Shown here piece by piece: positions 1 to 11,358 of a stretch of 64,000 nt of DNA. Origin of the DNA: Octopus vulgaris (Eukaryota); assembly GCA_951406725.2 (NCBI GenBank), contig OX597823.1, forward strand, positions 5,766,001 to 5,830,000, written 5' to 3'. The notes beneath the pieces are model-generated. The model ran no database searches and was not told the origin of the DNA. It saw only the letters and a list, made by a program, of their open reading frames with translations. The position numbers were made by a program, and so were the translations under genes. Numbering within the stretch: the stretch's first letter is position 1; every line of letters begins with the position of its first letter.

Positions 1-239
1 CAAGCAGATCAGTTTTCCTCATTTGCATTTCCCATGAGAAATAGTGATACATCTACTAATTATATGCAAAAGCATTTTTAGTCATCTTTATACTTAACTC
101 AATTATTTTAATTATACACACATGGTATAATCCCTAGGGTAGGGGAATCCTAGCATCCGTTGGTAGTAAGGTGATCCTTTGTGGGGTGGGGGAGAAGTGA
201 TCTCTTCAATGGAGATCTTTAGGAAATTCTGGTCTAAAC

Positions 240-1995
240 AGAAATTTCGTCTTCGTTTAGATGAAAATTTTAAGAACCTCCTTTGTGGCATCTGATGGAT
301 TTAGCACTGTCAAACCTCTTGAGACAGTTTTATGATTTGTTTAGTCTTTTAGTCAGGGTTGAAAGCAATGCTCATGGGCTGTTACAGGTCTTCCAAGGCT
401 GATAGGAGGAAGAAAGAGGAAGGTGTCTGCAAGACTAGAAGCCTGACCAGAATGCTTATGACTGAGTGGACTCAGAAGAATTTTATCAGTTAGAACAAAA
501 AAATATTAATACTATCAATAATTAAGTAAAAGTAACTGCTTCAATACGTGGAGGCCTAGTGGTTAGAGCAGCGGACTTGCAGTCAAGAGATCTCAGGTTC
601 GAATCTCAGACCAGGCAATGTGTGTGTTTATGAGTGAAACACCTTAGCTCCACGTGGATCTGGCAGAAGGTAATGGTAAACTTCCGCTGAATCACTCTTT
701 CCTCCTGCATCTAGCAGCTCACCTGTGACCGACCAGCATCTCATCCAGGTCGGGAACCTATATGCCAATGAAACTAGGAAACCAGCCCTTATGAGCCAGG
801 CATGGCTCATGAAGGAACAAACAACTGCCTCAATACAGCACTCTGCTGGGTCTGTGTCACCCACATTCAATGCATGGTATCCACATAATGAGAAAATAGA
901 AAAAGGATTTTCTTTAAGTCTTAACTTCCCGTATGATACAATAAAGTACAGAACTTCATTGATCAGCTGGTCCTGAAGTGCATGGCATCACACAAATCAC
1001 ACTAACTTTATTCACTGTCATTTTGAAAGAAGTCAGGAACTTTCTAAGGTAGAAAAGTCCTAATCCCTTCCTCTATCATTCATTTCTCTTCTGTGACAGA
1101 GTCCTTACAGGACTGGGCTTCTCACTTAAAAAATTTTCAAGAGTTAAGCTTATATTCTTTGTATCCCCTTTGTAAATAGCAGCCCCTACGATCTTCCAAA
1201 AGAATGCTATTTTTATTTGTATTTCCTTTGTCAGGTTTGCAATGTTAGAACCCATTTTCCTAAAAGATAAAAATTTTCTCTTTGACTCTTAAACTCATAA
1301 TCTATACTTTGAAGATAATGTCTAATAAATGTTGCCTGTTTGATGTGTGAGGAATCAGGTATTGTATCCACTATTATTGAATGCTCTTTTGCCTTTGATC
1401 TCTTAGAAAGTGTGTTTCAAAATGACATCAGACTAAAGAGAAATAAATTAATTTTCTGATTCAGCTGACAAATAATGTGCTAGCAATCGTTCTCCATTTT
1501 TACTGGCTTTCATTGACCTTCCTGCCGTAAGCTTCAAGTATGGGAGCCCATCAAGTCAAAAGTTCATCCAGCCTAAGGAAGCTACTTTTGTGAATATTGC
1601 CAATCAAATGAGCAGCACCAGAATATGTAAATAATCCCTTTCACCCAAATATGAAATAATGTCGATTAACCAGTGTAAAATATTAATCCATTTGGCCTAC
1701 AATGCTCCAGTTTGTTTATGCAGAAAATATTCCCTGCTTCTCTTTGAATGAATTCTTTATTTGAATGTTCTCTGTGACACATAATTCAATTTATGTTGTT
1801 TGCTGTGTTTATGCTCAGGAATTTTTTGAAATTGTTTTTACCATTTTTTTCTTCTATGGTAGACCATCTATTCTCTCTTGCCATAGTCTGATTTATTGGT
1901 TCAGCTTTCCAAAGAGTCAATATGGTGAACAAAATATGGTTTGTATCTTGACACTCCACATCAGCCAACCTCTCTTAGATATTTCATAGACCAAA
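240..1995 (-). pseudogene. Decayed hAT-superfamily transposase (Tip100 / ZMYM1-like, DUF4371 type), multiple stops and frameshifts, interrupted by a SINE
   Basis: Manual minus-strand translation gives IISYLGER/GLFTYSGAAHLIGNIHKSSFLRLDEL (~1560-1660; cf. LGERGLAFRG...GNFLGLIEL), SKAKEHSIIVDTIPDSSHIKQATFIR (1321-1398; first catalytic D motif, cf. SIIVDATPDSSHxEQTTFILRY) and NPFSIFSLCGYHALNVGDTDPAECCIEAV (~823-910; CxxH motif). Outer boundaries are approximate. Confidence 0.85.
548..822 (+). mobile_element. tRNA-derived SINE (head type 1 + tail A) inserted in the hAT transposase
   Basis: A box (ggcctagtggttagagc) and B box (ggttcgaatc); flanked by a 14-bp TSD aactgcYtcaatac (534-547 and 823-836); the transposase frame reads ECCIEAV-TF across the insertion. 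Confidence 0.9.
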
Positions 1996-2326
1996 CGAGA
2001 GAGAGAGAGAGAGAGTGTTTGCAAACAATAATGAAAGTAAATAGATCAAGCAGTTTTGTGTGGGGTGGGGGAAAGGGTAAAAGTGACAGAGAGGAAATGA
2101 GTATGACGGAGAGAAGAAATGGCTCTGATATAATTGAATCTTATAAAGTTCTTATTGGAAAGGATCACATTAATAAGGATAGATATTTTTTAGCCTGGTA
2201 TTAAATATTGGATTGATGAGGGGACATTCTGGGAAAGATAAAATAGTTTGTGTAGGGTCCTTCCACCCGTAACTGTTAATGTGCAGCCGCTAATAGGATG
2301 TGTGAGACAAGTGACTGGTTGATAGG

Positions 2327-2327
2327 G

Positions 2328-2407
<80 letters not shown>
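2327..2407. repeat. (GA)n microsatellite
   Basis: Direct reading. Confidence 0.95.
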
Positions 2408-2410
<3 letters not shown>

Positions 2411-2772
2411 TGTGGTCAATAAATCAAGCAGATCAGTGGGGAAAATATTTCGAGAAAGAAGATGATAGATAAGAAATGGTACTGAGGGGTTACTAGAGTG
2501 ATGGTGGTGGTGGAAAAAAATTCCCTCTTTGTATTAACGTGTTTCAGTGTCAGTATTTGTGTACAGGTACACATACACACACACACACATCCTCACACAT
2601 TCACACATTACTCAACACTTTCAAAAACACAATTATATTATATACCTATATGCACACAATATATATACCACCAAATTTTATCTGTCTGTCTCTCTATCTG
2701 TCTGCATGTCTGTCTGTTCATCCATCCATCTCACCATCTGTCTGTTCATCCATCCATCCATCCACATATATA

Positions 2773-2931
2773 CAGGGGCATAGCTAGGGTAAATGGCACC
2801 CAGGGCAAGCATCAAAATTGCGTCCCCCCCACCCTGTCAAAATTTTTTTAATGGCTTAATTAGAAAATGATCTTTGCCAAAACGACACCCAGTGTATGTA
2901 CCCTGCTTGCCCCACCCTAGGTATGCCCCTT
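2773..2931. mobile_element. hAT-Tip100-like MITE (~160 bp)
   Basis: Terminal inverted repeats CAGGGGCATAGCTAGGGT ... ACCCTAGGTATGCCCCT; no clear TSD. Confidence 0.7.
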
Positions 2932-4089
2932 ATCTTCTTTCAGTTTCCTTCTGCCATATTCACTGACAAGGTTTTGGTTGGCCTGGGAGTCTAACAGAAG
3001 AAATTTGCCAAAAATGCCATGCAGCAAAAACCATAGGGTTGGCTAGTGAACTTCTTAACCATACAGTCATACCTGCACCGTGTCCAACAGTATAAATTAT
3101 GAAAAATACAAATGTGTGTGTGTGTGTATAAGTATGTATGTATGTGTATATACAGATGTATGTATATATCTTAAATCTAATCTGTAAACAAATATGAAAA
3201 ATCCTCATCTCTTAAATATAGAACTGAAATATGAAAACGTTTCAAAAGTCAAATGAACTCATCCGTGGAAGGAGTTCAATGCAGAATTTTCCAGATATTG
3301 TTGGGAAAACAAAATTAAGGAATTTGACCAGTTCTATATTCCTTCCCCTTAAATCCGGTATTTTTACTTACTACTATTACTGCTACTACTGTTCGCAGCA
3401 GTTATCTTTCCTTACATACTTTTCCATTCAGTTATGGCTGGGACCCACCTTTTGCTTCATTCATAATGTGTATCCAGGAGGCTCACAATGGTTTCATGTG
3501 ATTAATACACTACACTGTGTCCCACCTGGTTTGTGGGCAGGTTTTGCTCCCTTTTGTGTACTCTTGTACTTTTAAGTACTCTTTACTGTTAGCGGTTAAT
3601 CATATACGCACATGTGCACATGTCTCTGTGTATGAGTTTCTGCATGGTATGCTTTTGTGTGTGTGTTATATCCTGCACTGGTGCCATGTAAACAGCACCT
3701 GTGCTGGTGCCACATATTAAACACCCAGTACACTCTGTGAAGTGGTTGGCATCCAACCATTGATACCATGCCCAAACAGGCAATTGGAATCTGGTGCACC
3801 TCTCCAGCTGGCCACCTCTTATTAAAATCGTCCAATTAATACCAGCATAGAAAATAGACATTTAATGATGATAATGTGTGTGTGTGTGTGTGTGTATTGT
3901 AGGTGGAGGCATGGCAGTGATGAAGGAGTTCACTTCCAGTCCTACTGTGTGGCACCTTGGGCAAGTGTCTTCTACTATAACTGCAAGCCAACAAAAGCCT
4001 CGTCATTTATACCATCATCATCACCATCATCATCATCTTTTAATGGTCATGTTCCATGTTGGCATGGGTTGAATGATTTAAGGAAAACT

Positions 4090-4467
4090 GACAGTAAAAA
4101 AACTTTGTCATTAATAAGCTGGCTTTTGGAACATGAATTAGCTTGGAATTTTGATGGGAGGCTTTTAATTCAGGTCACTTTAAAAAGTAAGTTTTTATCA
4201 TTGAACTAGGGATGTTCCCAGGTGGGCTGGTATCAAAACGGTTGGCCCTTTTGTTAGTCTGTTTTAGTTGAAATACGCTGTCTTTATTTCAATCAATTTT
4301 GCAAATTACACAGAATTTAATAAAATAACTTTATCGTTATTAAGCTGGTGTTTGAAACATAAATCAACATGAAGTTTTGATGGAAGGTTTTTCGATCACT
4401 TTGAAACAGGAAGTTTGTATCCTGGAACCTGGGATGGTCTCAAGTGGGTTGATATCAAAAGGGTTAA
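4090..4467. mobile_element. piggyBac-like (TTAA) MITE family A, two tandem partial copies
   Basis: Ends in atcaaaagggTTAA; the internal sequence (taagctggtgtttg...aacatgaaattttgatggaagg) recurs at ~14560-14790, 27521-28331, 35570-35960 and 38230-38660. Confidence 0.65.
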
Positions 4468-5369
4468 ATGTCTGGGGCTGAGGAAAGGGTAGAGGGAGCA
4501 CAGTGAGGAGCTGCTATCAGCAATATGAACCAGTCACTTATTACTAAATGGGTACCAAACTGTCTAAGCCAACATACTGTTCTCTCAGCCTGACATCCTC
4601 CTTAGATGAGTGGACACCCAGCTCTCTCATCTTCCACCCTCTGTCACAGTAGACAGCCTGTTATGACAGGGTGGTATAGTAAAAGACAAAGATTAATAAA
4701 GATTATCCTAAACATTCACATATGATTAATATATTATTATCATTTAAGATCTGCACTGATCTTTATGTTGTTGCCATGGTTTTTATCTCTTGTCAGTCAT
4801 CACTTCCACCCTTAATATGCAACCGAGACAGTGGCTTGTGTGTGTGTGTGTGTGTGATTATTATCCACCCCACTAGCCAGCCCCCAAAGAAATAATTTGT
4901 CACATAGAAATGATGTCAGGCTCACAGCTGGTATCTTTCATCCAATATCTGACATCCCCTCACCCCACCTCACTGCAACTCCATCAGAGCCACTACTACC
5001 ACCACCACAATCACTACAACCATCACCACAACACCACCATCACTACCACCATCATCATCACTATCATTACCATTATTGTTACCATCACCACCACCACCCA
5101 CACACACTATGCCGACACCTCAGTAAGGAAAGGGAGAAAATAAGATTAATGAGTTGTCATGTTAATTACTAATTATACTACATCTAAGTAACCTTTTATG
5201 TTTGGTTGTTACTTGTCCTGCATAAATTAATATATCATGTGACCATACCCTATATTTCACTAAGTTGTTGTTGTTGTTGTTGGTGGTGGTGGTTAACCTT
5301 CATTAAGCAAAGTGTTTCCAGGCATCATGACCATGCAATCTTTAAAGCAGTAAACAGGGAGAGGTTTGA

Positions 5370-5717
5370 CTTATTTCTAGCAGGTGATGCAATTTAGGGG
5401 AGATTTGGCTGTTATTTCTAGCACGTGAAGCCATTTGGTGGGAGATTCAGCTGTTATTTCTAGCAGGTGGTGTGATTTAGAGGAGATTTGGCTGTTCATT
5501 TCTAGCAGGTGGTGTGATTTAGGGGTGATTTGGTTGTTATTTCTAGCAGGTGGTGTGATTTGGTGGGAGATTTGGCTGTTATTTCTAGCAGGTGGTGTGA
5601 TTTAGAGAAGATTTGGCTGTTCATTTCTAGCAGGTGGTGTGATTTAGGGGAGATTTGGCTGTTATTTCTAGCAGGTGGTGTGATTTGGTGGGAGATTTGG
5701 CTGTTATTTCTAGCAGG
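5370..5717. repeat. Tandem array of ~41-42 bp unit (gatttggctgttatttctagcaggtggtgtgattt...), 9 copies, with a 3-unit higher-order period
   Basis: atttctagca recurs every 41-42 bp; variants agggg / ggtggg / agagR+gttcatt cycle ABCABCAB. Confidence 0.9.
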
Positions 5718-6022
5718 TAAAGTGATCACATATGGGTTTCCTTGACTCCACTAAATTATAATGGATAAGTGTATTTTTAGCCCCAGGTCAACCTGAATTA
5801 AATACAGACCTATCATCAAAGTCATTCCAGTTTTGACCATCCCTTCATTTTAGGGTTATATAATAACAACACCATTATGTCCTTTCCTTTAGATCTGCTC
5901 AAATGAGGCTGATTTGGGCCAAACAAGAAGGACAAGTGCAACAAGGTAGAAGTAATACTATACTAACAACAACTTCTGCTAGAAATAGCAGCCAAATTTC
6001 TTACCTATCACACACTCCTGCC

Positions 6023-6207
6023 TTAACCCCTTTGAACCTGCAAGTACACTTTAGTGGGTGCAATTTTATTGGACTCTACCTCTCCATGATAAAAGTAGGT
6101 GGCCACGTATTTTTGTGTTTTTGGCTGAAAATAACGATGTTTCTGTTAATTAGTCTCTTCAAGGGGTATATACGTAGTCAAACAAAATCGCAGGTTCAAA
6201 GGGTTAA
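6023..6207. mobile_element. piggyBac-like MITE with TTAA TSDs
   Basis: TTAA-CCCCTTTGAACCTGC ... GCAGGTTCAAAGGG-TTAA. Confidence 0.85.
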
Positions 6208-6382
6208 AAAAAAGGCGAAGGAAACATTGAATGATGTAGTCCTAGATAGCCTATGTATGACCACAGATGGAACGGTCATGGCTGGAACGTCTTCGATCCT
6301 AGGTCTGCTCAGTCAGTACTGACACAAGCTTGAATGGTAATAACAAAGAAGCATTAAATAATGAATTTATAAGTATAAACAG

Positions 6383-6670
6383 GTGCAGGCATGGCTGTGT
6401 GGTTAAGGAGTTTGCTTCCCAACCACAAGATTTGGGGTTCAATCCCACTGAGTGTCATCTTGAGCAAGTGTTGTCTGCTATAAATCCTGGTTGCCTTGTG
6501 AGTGGATTTGGTTGATAGAAACTGTCGTGTCTGTGTGTGTATGTGTGTGTGTGTGTGTGTATTTGTATATTTATATGTCTATGTGTGTGTATGTATTCGT
6601 ATATTTATATAAGGTGGTGCTCCAGCATGGCCACAACCAAATGACTGAAACAAGTAAAAGAATAAAAGAA
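6383..6670 (+). mobile_element. SINE family A (tRNA head, internal TA/TG microsatellite, GAGTAAAA tail), decayed copy
   Basis: Head gcaggcatggctgtgtggttaag, body ccttgtgagtggatttgg and tail ccagcatggccacaaccaaatgactgaaacaagtaaaag match the full copies at 30134-30549 and 51097-51497. Confidence 0.8.
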
Positions 6671-7602
6671 TATGTGTGTATGTGTGTATTTGTATATTTA
6701 TATGTATATATATATATATGTGTGTGCGTGTATTTGTATATTTATATGTATGAGTGTTTGTATATTTATATGTATGTGTGTGTATTTATATGTATATATA
6801 TGTGTATATGTATATATGTGTGTATTTGTATATTTATATATGTGCGTGTGTATTTGTATATTTATATGTATGTATGTGTGTGTATTTGTATATCTATATG
6901 TCTATGTATATGTGTGTGTAAGTGTGTTTGTATACTCATATGTATAATGTGTGCCTTAGTGGTTAGGGTGTTGCACTCATGTTGGTGAGATTGTGATTTT
7001 GATTCCTGGACCCTTAAGACACTTAATTTCACACTGCTCCAGTCCACTCAGCTGGAAAAAGAGAGCGACCTTACAATGGCTCAACATCCTGTTTAGGATT
7101 TGGGGGTGGATTATATACACCACAGAATCCAAGAAACAGCCTTATGAGAAGGACAGTTGGCCCTTTTTGATATCTATATATGTATGTATTATATACGTGT
7201 GTATGTATCTATTAGTGTATGATTGTGTCTTCTTGTCATTGCATGATAGTTGTAAATGAGTGTCACTGTCATACAGGCGGTGTCATGCATTTCTAATAAA
7301 CTGTCTGGCTGTAGGGAAGTATTACCTTATTTGGAAACAAGTGAGAGTTAGTGACAGGAAAGCTATCCAGTCAGAGAAGAATCTGTCTCAATAAATTGTC
7401 TGATTCGTGCAAGCTTGGCTAAGTGGACATTAAATTGATGATAATAACGATGTTCAAATGTGTGTGTGTGTGTGTGTGTGTGTGTACTAAACAACAAGGG
7501 AAGTTAGGGAACAGGTTTATTTAGGGTTGAGATAAGCAGAATTTGAGAGGTTTGCTAATATTCTACAACATAAGGATCATATATATATATATATATATAT
7601 AT

Positions 7603-7828
7603 TACGGAGATGTACTTGCATAGCAAGTGACTTGATCTGAGATTATGTGCTGGAACAAAAACAATTGCAGCATGGAAGGTGTTTATAAGCCATTTAAGAA
7701 ACACACAAAAACTGTTAGATTCACTTCAACATTTATTTTGACAAATTAAACTTAAATGTTGAAGTGAATCTAACGGTTTTTGTGTGTTTCTTAAATGGCT
7801 TATAAACACCTTCCACGCTGCAATTGTA
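7603..7828. mobile_element. Palindromic (fold-back) element inserted in (TA)n; second copy at 44193-44370
   Basis: ~73-bp arms caattgcagcatggaagg...ttcaacattta (7662-7735) and its reverse complement (7753-7826), plus an unpaired ~60-bp extension; TA repeats on both sides. Confidence 0.8.
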
Positions 7829-8114
7829 TATATATAGGTAATAATTTATATTCAGTTATATACCTTGTACAATGCTGTTTAAAGCATGTTCACAGTATTC
7901 GTTTACCTGATGTCAACAACAGTCTGGATGTGTATTCCACTGGATTTGCTTCAGGAACTCCTCTGTTTACATAGACTTGAGAGAAAGAAAATGGAAATTA
8001 CAATAATATATATATATATACCATACATATCTTACATCTATTTTCTTTCCTCCACCTCACTCTCTATTTATATCACATCGAAACTAACTATAACTTAACT
8101 TTTCCTCTCACACC

Positions 8115-8169
8115 GTCTCCGATGAAGGGATATTATTATTAATTAATATTCTAGAAACAGCTGTAAGAC
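8115..8169 (+). ncRNA. Type I minimal hammerhead ribozyme candidate (U4C core variant)
   Basis: gtct-CCGATGA-a-gggatatta..taatattct-a-GAAA-cagctg-TA-agac: stem I gtct/agac, stem II hairpin, palindromic stem III ACAGCUGU, GUA cleavage triplet. Confidence 0.6.
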
Positions 8170-8570
8170 ATTCTATCTATAAAAGCTCTAATATCTATAC
8201 AGCCTTGGTTTATTTTATCTCATTACGCAAAAAATTCTTATATATATATATATTATTCGCATACATATATATGTTTAAAGAGAAAGGGGGAGAAAGAGAC
8301 AAAGAATGAGATGGAGAGGGAGAGAGGTAGTAGGCAGTGGTCCAAGTGATTAAGATGTTAGTCATGAGTTCAAACCCAATGCTTGTGTCTTGGTTCATGT
8401 CAGAACATGTTACCCTAGATTGCGTCAGGAGCAATAGGAACCAGCTCAAACTGGTTTACTGTTTTCAGACCAGACTCTATCAATCATGACACTGTGACTT
8501 ACTGTTAAGCCTGAAATCTGAAATCTTAGTAAATATGTCAGTATATACTGTTTATGTTTATGTATATGGG

Positions 8571-8615
<45 letters not shown>

Positions 8616-8664
8616 TAATATATATATGCTTGTATGTGTGTTGTGTGTGTGTGTGCACGTTCTT

Positions 8665-8920
8665 TTGTCTTTTACTTGTTTCAGTCATTTGACTGCAGCC
8701 ATGCTGGAGCACCGTCTTTAGTCGAACAAATCACTCCCAGAGCGTATTGTTTGTAAGCCTAGTACTTATTCTATTGGGCCCTTTTGTCAAACTGCTAAGT
8801 TAGAAGGACGTAAAAACACCAGCATTGGTTGTCAAAGGATGTTGGGGGGGGGGGGGTACAAATACAGACAAACATATACACATACACACACATATATATT
8901 TATATATATGTATGTGTGTG

Positions 8921-8974
<54 letters not shown>

Positions 8975-9110
8975 CATATATACGACGGGCTTCTTTCAGT
9001 TTCCATCTACCAAATCCACTCACAAGGCTTTGGTCGGCCCAAGGCTATAGTAGAAGACACTTGCCCAAGGTGCCACACAATGGGACTGAACCCAGAATCA
9101 TGTAGTTGGT
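8665..9110 (-). mobile_element. SINE family A
   Basis: Reverse complement of the family A tail, body and most of the head, with an internal (TA)n tract. Confidence 0.85.
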
Positions 9111-9285
9111 AAGAATTTTTTTTGTATAAATTTAAAGAATATTTATATAGACACATACACAAACACATCTTTATACATGTATATATGTGTTTGTGTGTGT
9201 ATACACACACGCACACACATTGATACATATGATATGCATGTATGTATGGGTCATCGAAATTTTTGTTTGTCTTGTCGAGAGGCTC

Positions 9286-9378
9286 CCTTTCTTTCCTGAT
9301 GAGAAGATTGCATAATGTACCCTTTATTCCTTTGGAATGAAAACATGTTGTCTTCGAAACATATGTCGAGAGTAAAGG
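9286..9378 (+). ncRNA. Type I hammerhead ribozyme with intact catalytic core (Penelope-like/retrozyme type)
   Basis: Stem I cctttctttc (9286-9295) pairs with gagag-t-aaagg (9368-9378); CTGATGA 9296-9302; stem II gaagat/gtcttc with inner hairpin ttattcc-ttt-ggaatga; GAAA 9356-9359; palindromic stem III ACAUAUGU; GUC triplet, predicted cut after 9367. Confidence 0.78.
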
Positions 9379-9724
9379 AATTTTGTTAACATCTTCGTTC
9401 GACTCCATTCTTTCATTTATTCATATACAACACACAAATTTCTGCACATGAACCCGGAGTCTCTACCCTTGGACAGGTCGCTTCAACCGTGTTTCTGACG
9501 TGAATTTGCTACCCAGGTTTCGGTTAAACGAATTTTCCATGCTGACGATAAACATAGGATAATTCATTCACCTATTTAAATATATATATATATATATATA
9601 TATATAGCAAAAATTTAGATTCAGATGACTATTGTACTCTATCTCCTTAACTTATTGAATATTTTAGTTATAATTATACTAATGTGTCCATCTGTTCTAA
9701 TTTAATTAAATTCTATGTCTTTGT

Positions 9725-9806
9725 GCATCTGAAGATTACTCTGCATTTTAAATTGATGTAATGATTGCATTGTTCAGTTAAATGGAATTGCATGAAACGA
9801 TCATAC
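9725..9806 (+). ncRNA. Degenerate hammerhead candidate with long stem II
   Basis: gcat-CTGAAGA-(~58 nt imperfect hairpin)-GAAA-cga-TC-atac; stem I has one mismatch; lies in a TA-flanked fragment (~9605-9845). Confidence 0.4.
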
Positions 9807-9894
9807 TGTATTACCTCTGGATATCCTTGTTGCTTATTTTGATTATATATATATATATAACAAAGTAAAGTTGTAAGGTACCGCACGAGTGGAA

Positions 9895-10228
9895 ATATAT
9901 ATGAAAGAAGGTTTGAAAATGCAATTTTAAAAGTGTTTATTCGCTTGACCGATTTCACTTTTTTAGAAAACGATTGTCAAAAGTAAAATGTAAAGCTTTG
10001 TATAAGCTTTGTTGTGTTTAGTATTGGTTGTCACAAAAGTATTAAAATACATACATACATTCTTTGATAATGTATATATGTATTAAAATACATATATACA
10101 TATGGCAACCAGTACTTAACACAACAAAGCTTATACAAAGCTTTACTTTTACTTTTGACAATCTTTTTCTAAAGAAGTGAAATCGGTCAAGCGAATAAAC
10201 ATCTTTGAAATTGCATTTTCAAACCTTC

Positions 10229-10240
<12 letters not shown>
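9895..10240. mobile_element. Palindromic element, ~135-bp arms, adjoining (TA)n; degenerate hammerhead-like motif in each arm
   Basis: atgaaagaaggtttgaaaatgcaatt...ggttgtca is mirrored by tggcaacc...aattgcattttcaaaccttctttcat; right arm has ctt-TTGACAA-tctttttctaaagaagt-GAAA-tcg-GTC-aag (10152-10191). Confidence 0.75.
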
Positions 10241-10268
<28 letters not shown>

Positions 10269-10565
10269 GTGTGGGGAAATGTATACATGTATATACGTGT
10301 GTGTGTAAACAGTATTTATCTTTATGAGCAACTGTTAGTTTCAGGCAATGAAAACAACTCAGCATTTTATAATGTCTGGTGCTTTCGTGCAATCTTCAAG
10401 CATGAAGGTACCAGACCTATCATAAAATGTTGTCTGAGTTGTTTTTTATTGCGTGAAGCTATATTAGTATCTCATAAAAACATACATTGTGTTTATTAAA
10501 TAATATCTAGCAATCACCAGATGGACTACTTTTTTTGTTGATTTTACCATCATAGAACAGTATAC

Positions 10566-10611
<46 letters not shown>

Positions 10612-11018
10612 CATACATACATACATACATACATACATACATACATACATACATACATACATACATACATACATACGTATATGTGTGTGTATGTATATGT
10701 ATTTGTATATATGCTCGTGTTGAAAATGTATGTGTGTATGTAAACATGTGTGTGTGTTTTATTTACATTTACAAAGTCATTCACTTTGAGCAGTGATGTT
10801 GTCATCCCTTCCTCTGCTAGCAAATCATCCGATCTCCTCTTCATACCTTTGAGATAATGTGAAATATTAAAAAAAATCTACTCAATTTGAAAAGGAGATG
10901 AGATTTCACAACAGAAAATGTAGCCAACTTTAAAGCAATGCTTCAGTATTATATCCTTGTAAGCCAGGCTAGCAAAGAAAAATGAGCCCGAAGCAAAGGA
11001 ACGAAATTTGTTTTGTTG

Positions 11019-11358
11019 TGTCTTGGGAGGGTCATTATGCCTATAATAATAAACACATGCACTGGTTCAATATTACTTCTTTATCATTAGTCAGTTGGTT
11101 AATTTATCTAACTAACTAACCTATCATTTGTTTAATGTGTTTGTTAAACAATCAATCAGTTATATGTTAAGGTCCTTTCATCACTATTCACAATCTCTTC
11201 AAGGTCTGAAGACCTTGGAAACAAACAACTAATCAGTTGTTTAACCTTAAGCAAACAATTGATTAGTTAGTTGGTTAGATTTCTCAGTGACTACTAATAA
11301 AGAAGTGATAATGAACCAGTGTGTGTGTTTATTATTGGCATAATGACCCTCCAAGACA
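11019..11358. mobile_element. Long-TIR palindromic MITE (~340 bp); half copy at ~28784-29000
   Basis: tgtcttgggagggtcattatgcc ... ggcataatgaccctccaagaca, with ~140 bp of imperfect arms. Confidence 0.8.

Noticed and set aside
548-620. tRNA gene
   Set aside because: The tRNA-like head continues into a SINE body with a TSD and lacks a proper acceptor stem; the same applies to all other SINE heads.
5370-5717. CRISPR-like array
   Set aside because: Pure tandem repeat with no spacers.
6491-6988. Cys/Val/Tyr/Ile- and His/Thr-rich ORFs (here and throughout, e.g. 49001-49921, 56213-56886)
   Set aside because: Translations of (TG)n/(TA)n/(CA)n microsatellites.
10770-10850. Possible minus-strand exon ([25 protein letters not shown])
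   Set aside because: Weak splice signals, no recognisable homology, no partner exons.
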